DNA of 30,308 bases. It comes from Eledone cirrhosa. Its lineage: Eukaryota. Where the stretch lies: assembly GCA_964016885.1 (NCBI GenBank), contig CAXHJY010001596.1:1-30308 (forward strand), given 5' to 3'. The translations under genes were made by a program, and so were the position numbers. The notes beneath the pieces are model-generated. The model was not told the DNA's origin, made no database searches, and saw nothing but the letters and a program-made list of their open reading frames with translations. Each line of letters begins with the position of its first letter. The first letter of the stretch is position 1. Shown here one piece after another: positions 15,414-26,028 of this stretch.

Positions 15414-17254
15414 CTACATTTTAAATTTATATTTATATTTAAATGTTGAGTTCAATCTATGTCTGCAACAGCTGAATAAATTGGTTCGTAAATTAAGGGA
15501 ATTTTTAGATTTTAATATAAAGAATATCTCCTCCGCGCAGAGGTCACAAGTCTCAGAAGAGGAATTAAAAGGAATCCCTTTTGAGACTATATTCCAAACC
15601 ATCGAATATCCAACTTTATCATGCTTAAGTTGCCAGAGAAGCCCTGACAGCGATGTTGATGATTTTTTATTTGGATCCGTGAAAGAATTTTTGTGATTAT
15701 TATAGCGAAGTTTAAATTCTGTCGAGGTGGAACCAACATAATTAAAAGAATTTAAATCAGTTCTAACATTACAGTTGTATATTATATTTTTAACTAAGCA
15801 ATTGTTATTTAGCGGACATTTAGATCTATCTCTACAGTTACAGTTTTTTAGTTGAATATTGTTTAGGCTATTTTCGGTATTTTGGCTAGGTTTTAGATTC
15901 CTATTATTTATTCTATTAATATTTTGTGCTAAATTTTTGGTGGACGAGTACGTTATTGAGTGATACTTATGTGTTCTAGGGAAGCGTTTGTCAAGAGCAT
16001 TAAAAAATAGTTTAGCGATGTGGGTTTTAATGTTTAGTGAGAAGGGGGGGGGGGGGGGGCAAACCATATTATATTTCTAGTTCTATTTCTTTTCTGGTTT
16101 TTGAAATTATTGTAGTGCTTTCTATTATAGTTGTTAAAGTTGTTACTGTAATTAAAATTGTTGTTATTTTGGTTAGTTTGTCTATTATCGATGTACATAA
16201 TTTTATCACTATATCCTGCTCTAGCTAAAGCATCATTATAATATTGGGCTTTTTCGTCAAAAATATTTTTATTGGAAGAGATTCTAGAGATACGTTTTTG
16301 AACAGAGTTTACTATAGTATTTTTGACAGATCTGGGGTGATTGGAGCTAAAATTGACATAATTCAAGTTTTCATTTAACTTGTGAAATGGATAGTGAAGA
16401 CATGTGTTGAGATTAAATGTTACGTCTAGGAAATTGACTATTTTATGGTTATTCTCAATTTCTATTTTTAGATTAAGGTAATTAAAAAATTGTATAATTT
16501 GTTTTCTTTTCTTATTTAGTTCAGAGTTATTATTTTCAATAAGTAAAAGCATGTCATCTCTATATAAACCTCCGGTAACACCGGGTATTTTCCTATGCAG
16601 CGAATTAATTATAAATAGGCCCACAAGGTCCGTTACCTGAGCTGAGTCTGATGATCCCATAGTAATGTCAAAATTATTATCTCTATCTGCTCTAGTCCAT
16701 AGTTGGTTATTAAATTCTATCAAAGTTTTCCTTGCCGATAATATAATGTGCATTTCATTGCTAGTTAGGTCTGTATGCTTGAATGCGTAATTTAGTGCCT
16801 TATTAAGTAGATTAGGGGTAATGGATGAATAGTAGTTAGCAATATCTAGTTGAATAAATTTATTATTATTGTTATATTTAATTTCATTAAACCACTCAAT
16901 GACCTCCCCAGTACCCTTCCACAAGGTCAAGCCAGGTAAACAATTCAAGTCCTTAATTTGCTGTATCACTCTGTCTAGAATGTTCTTGCTAAGTTTACCC
17001 AGGTCAGATTTTGATGGTGCAATTAACCTGACTTGCAGGTCATTTTCAAAATTTCTCTTGTGATCTTTCATATTGATCTTGGGTTTCCTAGGCACGAAAG
17101 GTTGTGTTTTGTTCTCAATTTCCAACTCATGCATTATACATGATGCCTCAACATTCATTTTCTCAAGTTCAGCCTTATCTGCTACCTTGTACTTTTTCCT
17201 TAGTTCTTTCAGTATGAGGCCATTATACATGTCTTTTTCCACTCCATAGAGGTT
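15414..17254 (-). pseudogene. PLE1 RT-GIY-YIG ORF: N-terminally truncated and frameshifted at a G16 run (16044-16059)
   Basis: ORFs 16034-17332 and 15414-16067 are colinear with the PLE2 protein. The first ~26 codons of the longer ORF come from RTE-B 3' UTR. About 9 codons present in PLE2 (IFNRNCVKI region) are missing. Confidence 0.85.
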
Positions 17255-17970
17255 AACGTCCGTGTTCCACGCTTGCATGGGTTTGGACGGGGGTAGTCCC
17301 ACTTGAGGCAAGAGTGATTGTCTTGCTCGCATAGGACTGTCTGGCAGGTTTTCTACAGTTGGATGCCCTTCCTAACACCAACCACATTTACAGTGTGGGT
17401 CTGGGAGGTTTTTACCGTGTTGCCTACACGGCCACATTACAGCGTGGACTGTATGTTTTTTTGTCGTGACACCTACACGATCTCATTTGTTTCGGCCTGG
17501 ATGGCGCGGCACCAACATAACTTTACATAGAACGGGGTGGTGTGGATGGGGTGGGGGTGGTGGGGGTGGGACGGGGTGTATTTTGTTAGCGATGCCTACT
17601 GGCAAGGCGGGTCTTCTCTGTTACTGAGTACCGCCAAAGGTCTCGGTCCAGTGACATTGTCTTGGAGAGGTGTAAGTGTGTGAGGTCGGAGTTTATCAGC
17701 TCGTCCCAGGTTTTTCTAGGTCTGCCTATTCCGTGGCTACCGTCTATCTTTATTGCCCTGCACTTTGTTATACAGCTATCGACTTTCATGCGCATCACGT
17801 GTCCATACCAACGTAGCCTTCTCTCGACTAAACAACATCTGATCCCTCTTATTTCTAATTTTTTCCTTAGTTCGTTTATGCTTTGCCGTTCACGTATATT
17901 ACTATTACACATCCAGCGGAGCATGCAAGCTTCATTCCTCTCTAGTCTGCGTATATCCTCTGCACACAAT
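17250..17970 (-). mobile_element. RTE-clade LINE, family B, copy 1 (3' ~720 nt; tail lost, fused to PLE1)
   Basis: C-terminal RTE ORF fragment 17586-17969 plus a 3' UTR nearly identical to copies 2 and 3; a ~30-nt deletion spans the native stop codon. Confidence 0.9.
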
Positions 17971-18147
17971 ATATATATATATATATAATATATATATTAT
18001 ATATATATATATAATATATATATTATATACAATATATATATTATATATATATTATATATATATTATATATATATAATATATATATTATATATATATAATA
18101 TATATATTATATATATATAATATATATATTATATATATATATATAAT
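17971..18147. repeat. (TA)n array with alternating AA and TT interruptions
   Basis: Directly visible; locally self-complementary (ATATAATATATATATTATAT). Confidence 0.95.
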
Positions 18148-18488
18148 ATCATCATTCATTCATTTCATTTCATTTTACGTCCGCTTTTCCCTGCTTGCAA
18201 GGGTGGGACGGGAACTGATTCTGGCATGATTTCTACAGCTGGATGCCCTTCCTAACACCAACCTCATTTACAGTGAGTGCTGGGTGCTTTTTTGCCGTGG
18301 CACCTCCACGACCACTTTGCAGTGGAATGATAGAGACCCCAGTCCCTATCATCTCATTTCTACAGCTGAGTAAACTGGAGCAATGTGAAATAAAGTCTCT
18401 TGCTCAAGGAAACAACACATCACCCGGTCTGAGAATTGAACTCACAACCTTTCGATTGCAAGGCCAATGCTCTAACCACTAAGCCATT
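18148..18488 (-). mobile_element. tRNA-derived SINE (~340 nt) with CORE-like segment and RTE-A-derived tail
   Basis: Box A TGGCTTAGTGG (18476-18486), box B GTTCAATTC (18433-18441), CORE-like CCTTGAGCAAG (18399-18409), a 41-nt tail matching RTE-A at 40/41 positions, and a (TGAAA/TGA)n end. Confidence 0.85.
18433..18486 (-). promoter_or_regulatory. Internal RNA polymerase III promoter (A and B boxes) of the SINE
   Basis: Match to tRNA-type A box (TRGCNNAGTGG) and B box (GTTCRANNC) with tRNA-like spacing. Confidence 0.75.
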
Positions 18489-18670
18489 ATTATATATATT
18501 ATATATATATTATATATATATATATATTATATATATATTATATATATATATTATATATATATTATATATATATATTATATATATATTATATATATATATA
18601 TTATATATATATATTATATATATATTATATATATATTATATATATATATATTATATATATATATATATAT

Positions 18671-18730
<60 letters not shown>

Positions 18731-18930
18731 ATATATATTATATATATATTATATATATATATATATTATATATATATATATTATATATATTATATATATA
18801 TATATTATATATATTACATATATTATATATATATATATTATATATATTATATATATATATATTATATATATTATATATATATTATATATATTATATATAT
18901 TATATATATTATATATATTATATATATATA

Positions 18931-18973
<43 letters not shown>

Positions 18974-19015
18974 ATATTATATATATATATATTATATTAT
19001 ATATATATATTATAT

Positions 19016-19049
<34 letters not shown>

Positions 19050-19335
19050 TCTATATATATATTATATATATTCTATATATATATATATATATTATATATA
19101 TATATATATTATATATATTATATATATATAAATATATTATATATATTATATATATATAAATATATTATATATATTATATATATATATATTATATATATTA
19201 TATATATTATATATATATATATATATTATATATATATATATATTATATATATTATATATATATTATATATATATATTATATATATTATATATATATATAT
19301 TATATATATATATTATATATATATATTATATATAT

Positions 19336-19369
<34 letters not shown>

Positions 19370-19520
19370 ATATTATATATATATGTAGGAGGTGAGTTTT
19401 ATTGTAGTACAATAAAGCAATGCAATAAAGCAATATAATATATATATAATATATATAATATATATATATTATATATATATATATATTATATATATATATA
19501 TATTATATATATTATATATA

Positions 19521-19563
<43 letters not shown>

Positions 19564-19588
19564 ATTATATATATTATATATATATTAT
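18489..19588. repeat. Imperfect (TA)n array (TT-interrupted) with a ~50-nt unique island at 19383-19435
   Basis: Directly visible. Confidence 0.96.
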
Positions 19589-20993
19589 ATCATCATCATC
19601 ATCATCATCATCATCAGGTTTAGCGTCCGTGTTCCACGCTTGCATGGGTTTGGACGGGGGTTTTCCCACTTGAGGCAAGAGTGGTTGTCTTGCTCGCATA
19701 GGACTGTCTGGCGGGTTTTCTACAGTTGGATGCCCTTCCTAACACCAACCACATTTGCAGTGTGGGGCTGGGAGGTTTTTACCGTGTTGCCTACACGGCC
19801 ACATTACAGCGTGGACTGTCTGGCGGGTTTTCTACAGCTGGATGCCCTTCCTAACACCAACCACATTTACAGTGTGGGGCTGGGAGGTTTTTACCGTGTT
19901 GCCTACACGGCCACATTTACAGCGTGGACTGTGTGTTTTTTGTCGTGACACCTACACGATCTCATTTGTTTCGGCCTGGATGTTGTGGGACCAACATAAC
20001 TTTACATTGAAAGGGGCGGTGTGGGTGGGGTGGAGGTGGTGGGACGGGGGTGTGTTTTGATAGAGGTGCCTACTGACTGTAGTAGGTTTTTACTTTGTAT
20101 TTAGGTAAGGCGGGTCTTCTCTATTACTGAGTACCGCCAAGGGTCTCGGTCCAGTGACATTGTCTTGGAGAGGTGTAAGCGTGTGAGGTCGGAATTTATC
20201 AGCTCGTCCCATGTTTTTCTGGGTCTGCCTACTCCGTGGCTACCGTCTATCTTTATTGCCCTGCACTTTGTTATACAGCTGTCGTCTTTCATGCGCATCA
20301 CGTGACCGTACCAACGTAGCCTTCTCTCGAGTAAACAACATCTGATCCCTCTTATTTCTAATTTTTTCCTTAGTTCGTTTATGCTTTGCCGTTTGCGTAT
20401 ATTACTATTGCACATCCAGCGGAGCATGCAAGCTTCGTTCCTCTCTAGTCTGCGTATATCCTCTGCACACAATGCCCAGGTCTCACTGCCATGCAGCATT
20501 GCTGTTCGTATGCAGGCATCGTATAACCTGCCTTTCATTTTTAGGGAGAACCCTCTAGCGGCTAATAGTGGTATAAGCTCTCTGAACTTTTTCCATCCAG
20601 TTCTGACTCTAGCTACTGTACTTTCAGAGCACCCTCCCCCACTGCTGATTTTGTCACCCAGATAACGGAAGCTGTCCACTATTTCTATAGAACCCTCTGC
20701 GCAGTTGAAGGAGCTAGTATTTTGTGGGCACTTGCTGCTACTTATTGCACCAGAGCACCGGCCACATGTAAAATCTATGTTCTTAGTTAGCTTACCTGTG
20801 ATCCCACTACATCTTTTATGCACCCATACTTTGCATTTGGGACATAAAATGGAGTTTCTACCTACGCCTTTCCTACACACTGAGCATGGCCATTTCCCCG
20901 ATGGGACCGCCGCCTTATTTTCTTTCCTACAAACTAGAACTTTAGTCTTAGCCAGGTTAATTTTAAGGCCTTTTGATTCTAGGCCGTGCTTCC

Positions 20994-20994
<1 letters not shown>
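19589..20994 (-). mobile_element. RTE-clade LINE, family B, copy 2 (5'-truncated, (GAT)n tail)
   Basis: ORF 20101-20880 is the RTE C-terminal region, including the Cys-rich CxxC...CxxC...HKRC insert also seen in RTE-A; 3' UTR; (CAT)n at 19589-19616. Confidence 0.92.
19701..19925. repeat. Tandem duplication of a ~112-nt unit in the RTE-B 3' UTR
   Basis: Units 19701-19812 and 19813-19925, delimited by GGACTGT; single copy in the other two RTE-B insertions. Confidence 0.9.
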
Positions 20995-21075
<81 letters not shown>

Positions 21076-21507
21076 ATATTATATTCTCTGTCACTACCTC
21101 TCCTCCTCCCCTTTCTTCCCGTTTGACCTGTCCGTAATCCTTTTTTCGCGGGCACCTGGCCAAGCCGGTATGAATTTTTTTTCTCTCTCTCTCGTCTGCG
21201 ACTTCACAGAACTTATGTTTACCGAATTCGCAGACCAGACCCCTTCTTCCTCCCGTTAGACCTGTGTGAAATTCCTTCCTTGCTCACATTTCAACCAGGT
21301 TTGATGGTCTTTATTCTCTCGATCACGATTCCACCGAATTTATATTCATAGAAATCTGGGACTTGTTTCTTCTTCAGCACTTTCTGTTGCTTAAACCATT
21401 TTCTTTGTTTACCCTAGCGTCCCCCTTATTTACGTGTCCCATTCATATGTAACCCATTTGCAGCGCCACAGCTCCATTATTATCATATTTACATATATAT
21501 ATATATA

Positions 21508-22441
21508 TGCTCTGAAAGTACAGTAGCTAGAGTCAGAACTGGGTGGAAAAAGTTCAGAGTGCTTATACCACTATTAGCCGCTAAAGGGTTCTCTCTGAAA
21601 ATGAAAGGCAGGTTGTACAATGCCTGCATACGAACAGCAATGTTGCATGGCAGTGAGACCTGGGCATTGTTTGCAGAGGATATACGCAGACTAGAGAGAA
21701 ATGAAGCTTGCATGCTCCGCTGGATGTGTAATAGTAATATACGTGAACGACAAAGCATAAACGAACTAAGGAAAAAATTAGAAATAAGAGGGATCAGATG
21801 TTGTTTACTCGAGAGAAGGCTATGTTGGTATGGTCACGTGATGCGCATGAAGGACGATAGCTGTATAACAAAGTGCAGGGCAATAAAGATAGACGGTAGC
21901 CACGGAATAGGCAGACCCAGAAAAACCTGGGACGAGCTGATAAACTCCGACCTCACACACTTACACCTCACCAAGACAATGTCACTGGACCGAGACCTTT
22001 GGCGGTACTCAGTAATAGAGAAGACCCGCCTTACCTAAATACAAAGTAAAACCTACTACAGTCAGTAGGCATCTCTAACAAAATACACCCCCGTCCCACC
22101 ACCCCCACCCATCCACACCGCCCCCTTCTATGTAAAGTTATGTTGGTGCCACACCATCCAGGCCGAAACAAATGAGATCGTGTAGGTGTCACGACAAAAA
22201 AACACACAGTCCACGCTGTAATGTTGTAATGTGGCCGTTGTAGGCAAACACGGTAAAAACCTCCCAGACCCACACTGTAAATGTGGTTGGTGTTAGGAAG
22301 GGCATCCAACTGTAGAAAACCTGCCAGACAATCCTATGCGAGCAAGACAATCACTCTTGCCTCAAGTGGGAAAACCCCGTCCAAACCCATGCAAGCGTGG
22401 AACACGGACGTTTAAACGTTGATGATGATGATGATGATGAT
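21508..22441 (+). mobile_element. RTE-clade LINE, family B, copy 3 (5'-truncated, (GAT)n tail)
   Basis: ORF 21559-22038 is nearly identical to the copy 2 protein; 3' UTR; (GAT)7 tail followed by TA. Confidence 0.92.
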
Positions 22442-22456
22442 ATTATATATATATTA

Positions 22457-22518
<62 letters not shown>

Positions 22519-22523
22519 TATAT

Positions 22524-22555
<32 letters not shown>

Positions 22556-22696
22556 ATTATATATGTATATTATATATATTATATTATATATTATATATAT
22601 ATAATATATATATCTAATATATATATTATATATATAGTATATATATATAATATATATTTAATATATATATTATATATACATTATATATATATAATA

Positions 22697-22738
<42 letters not shown>

Positions 22739-22788
22739 TATTATATATATATATATATAATATATATATAATATATATATATATATAA

Positions 22789-22860
<72 letters not shown>

Positions 22861-23069
22861 ATATATATTATATATTATATATATATTATATATATATATA
22901 TATTATATATATATTATATATATATATTTTATATATATATTATATATATATATATTATATATATATTATATATATATATATTATATATATATTATATATA
23001 TATATATTATAGATATATTATATATATACATATATTATATATATATATTATATATATTATATATATTAT

Positions 23070-23113
<44 letters not shown>

Positions 23114-23300
23114 TATTATATATATTATATATATATATATTATATATATTATATATATATATATATATATTATATATATTATATATATATATTATATATA
23201 TATTATATATATTATATATATATATATTATATATATTATATATATATATATATACTATATATATATTATATATACTATATATGTATATATATTATATATA

Positions 23301-23347
<47 letters not shown>

Positions 23348-23355
23348 TATATATA

Positions 23356-23387
<32 letters not shown>

Positions 23388-23462
23388 TTATATATATATA
23401 TTATATATATATATATTATATATATATATTATATATATATATACTATATATATTATATATAT
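22442..23462. repeat. Imperfect (TA)n array (mostly TT-interrupted)
   Basis: Directly visible. Confidence 0.96.
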
Positions 23463-23699
23463 TAGAAAGATCGAGTATCGAAAATCGGCGCACGAGTTCA
23501 CGATAAACAATATTCGAAATGAGCGGCAGAGGGCTCAATAATTCAGATGAATCAGAGCTATAACTATCGTTAAAATACCGTCACACATAGAACAAGTCTA
23601 CAATCAACCATACGATAAAAAATCGATAATAGAAGATTCGGGACAAACAGATAAAAAATATCAATAAAACAATACATCAATAATTTAAATGAATAATAT

Positions 23700-23703
23700 T
23701 ATT

Positions 23704-23735
<32 letters not shown>

Positions 23736-24050
23736 ATATATACTATATATATATATTATATATGTATATATATTATATATATATATATTATATATATATA
23801 ATATATATATATTATATATATTATATATATATATTATATATATATACATATATATTATATATATTATATATATTATATATATTATATATATATATATATT
23901 ATATATATATATTATATATATATATATATTATATATATTTATATATATATATATATATTATTTAATATATATATATTATATATATATATTATATATTATA
24001 TATATATATTATATATATATATTATATATATATATTATATATATTATATA

Positions 24051-24116
<66 letters not shown>

Positions 24117-24204
24117 ATATATATATTATATATATTATATATATATATATATATTATATATATATATATATTATATATATTATATATATATATATATATT
24201 ATAT
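23700..24204. repeat. Imperfect (TA)n array (TT-interrupted)
   Basis: Directly visible. Confidence 0.96.
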
Positions 24205-24475
24205 ATAAAATATTAAACAAATAATGAATAAACAATTCCTTATATTAAACAAAAAAAGTTCATTATTTAACGATCGTTTCTAGGATATATATGTGTTAGA
24301 ATTGGTATGCATATTCAACAGATCTATGTACAAAATTATACAAAATTATACAAATTATCAAGATTAAATATACATACCAAACACATATATACGCCGTCTT
24401 CAGAAATCATGAAATAATGAACTTTTTTTGTTTAATATAAGGAATTGTTTATTCATTATTTGTTTAATATTTTAT
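24205..24475. repeat. Perfect 64-bp inverted repeat (24205-24268 / 24412-24475) enclosing an HHR
   Basis: Arms checked base by base as exact reverse complements. Confidence 0.95.
24259..24413 (-). ncRNA. Type I hammerhead ribozyme (family C) with a very long stem II
   Basis: Minus strand: UUCAUGAUUU-CUGAAGA-[~116-nt domain with UAUAUAUGUGUU/AACACAUAUAUA and UGGUAUGUAUAUUUAA/UUGAAUAUGCAUACCA helices]-GAAA-CGAUCG-UU^AAAUAAUGAA. Palindromic stem III; the G-U pairs form only on the minus strand. Confidence 0.75.
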
Positions 24476-24735
24476 CTTGACTCTGTATACCGTTTATCTT
24501 TCACCGAAAGTGTTTTCATTACATCTCTTCTTTCCATGATATCCGGAATACATTGAGTTCTTCATACGGATTGGACACTACCGTAAACTCTTGGTAGATT
24601 TATCTACATATATTATATATATATATATATTATATATATTATATATATATATATATTATATATATATATATATTATATATATATATATTATATATATATG
24701 TATATATTATATATATATATATATTATATATATAT

Positions 24736-24767
<32 letters not shown>

Positions 24768-24784
24768 ATATATTATATATTTAT

Positions 24785-24817
<33 letters not shown>

Positions 24818-24820
<3 letters not shown>

Positions 24821-25791
24821 TCCACTCCAGATATTTTTTATTTTTCATTTTTATTTTTATTTTTTATTTTTCCGCAGCCACTCTTATAATTTTATATTTG
24901 TACTTACTTATCCACAAGTTTTTTACACCCTGTATCTATGTGTCTGAACGCCTTAATGTGTGTATACTTCCTATATATATACACGAGCGCCTACGTATGT
25001 GCGCGCGCGTGCGTATATATATATATATATATATAGATGTATGTGTATGAGTATTTGTCTTTATATCTGTGTTTTTACATCTAGGTTTTTTGTTTTGTTT
25101 CTTTTTTCTTCTTCCCTTTTTTTACATCATCATTTTTATGCGTGTGCATGCAAACAGGTCAATATGCGTGAGTGTAAGTATGTGTGTGTGTGTGTGTGTG
25201 TACGTATCGAATGTATGGATGTGTAAGTGTGCGTGTGTATATAAGCATGTATATTTTTGTGTTTCTTTTGTGTGTTATACGTGTGTGTGTATGCGTGTAC
25301 CCTGTTTGTCTTTTCTTTAATTTTTTCTTTCTGAATTATTGTTCCATTTTTATAAATATATCGAGATTGATACTTTCCTTTAATTATTATACTCCCTTAC
25401 CTCTTTTACTTCCGCATACAAGTGTACGCGTGTGTAGGTGTGTTTATGCGCGTGCCCTCATATTCTTATGAGTATCTATTCTGTCTGTAGTTTACAGATA
25501 CACAGATACATTTGCCCTAAAATAAAATATATATTTACGCACACTTTTTCACTATACGTATACATTTGTGCATACACATATATGCACATCTGTGAGCGTA
25601 TATACATACATATACACACACCTAACTATATGTCTTGAAAGATTTTTATATATTTCATATTGTAATTCATTGTCTATATTTTTTTTTTGCTTTTCTTGAT
25701 GAGACTTTCCAAGTATTTACCCATGTTTTATATTGCCTCGTCTGACGAACGAATGAAGACGTTTCTTTCGTATTCGCCTCATTCGGGAAAC
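24818..25791 (+). repeat. PLE2 5' pseudo-LTR
   Basis: Direct repeat of 28395-29459; differences are mainly in internal TA/GT/T-run lengths. Confidence 0.92.
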
Positions 25792-25809
25792 CTCTGGTAA
25801 TGAGGTAAT
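25732..25809 (+). ncRNA. Type I hammerhead ribozyme (family B) at the end of the PLE2 5' pLTR
   Basis: AUUGCCUCGU-CUGACGA-A-CGAAUGA...UCAUUCG-G-GAAA-CC ucu GG-UA^AUGAGGUAAU. 10-bp stem I; predicted cut after 25799, ~230 nt before the ATG at 26029. Confidence 0.8.
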
Positions 25810-26028
25810 TATATTGTATTGATTTTTATACATTAAATTTTGCTCTGGTACTTACATAGAGCACCCTTCATTTCTATGACCTATTCTGTTTTCAACGGAA
25901 ATTTCAATACTTATACAGCTCCCAAGGGAATTATCGCAGCATATTCTACATCTTTATGAGATTGGCACCTTCCAGCCCTTTTAAAGTCGAGCACTCTTCA
26001 GTCATAGGATTTTAAACCAATACTGAAC

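Larger units (their letters stand above)
14083..17254 (-). mobile_element. Penelope-like element PLE1 (Hydra-clade-like), 5'-truncated, with ~1.3-kb 3' UTR/pLTR ending in an HHR
   Basis: RT motifs LDIANYYSSI, FDITMGS, GLYRDD, FLDV; linker CNCRDRSKCP (CxCx5C); GIY-YIG IIY...YVG with no CxxC between the two motifs; HHR near the 3' end. Confidence 0.88.
24205..24608. mobile_element. Inverted (fold-back) pLTR-type insertion of a third HHR-bearing Penelope-like/retrozyme family (family C), no ORF
   Basis: A minus-strand HHR segment is joined to a plus-strand copy that begins at the predicted cleavage site; TA on both sides. Partial inverted pLTRs are an established Penelope feature. Confidence 0.65.

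Noticed and set aside
17534-17577. G-quadruplex-like G-runs in the RTE-B 3' UTR (also ~20013-20050 and ~22088-22125)
   Set aside because: They are G-rich only on the antisense strand and the run pattern varies between copies; no evidence of function.
18420-18488. Possible tRNA gene
   Set aside because: A and B boxes are present, but there is no acceptor stem or proper anticodon stem and it continues into a SINE body.
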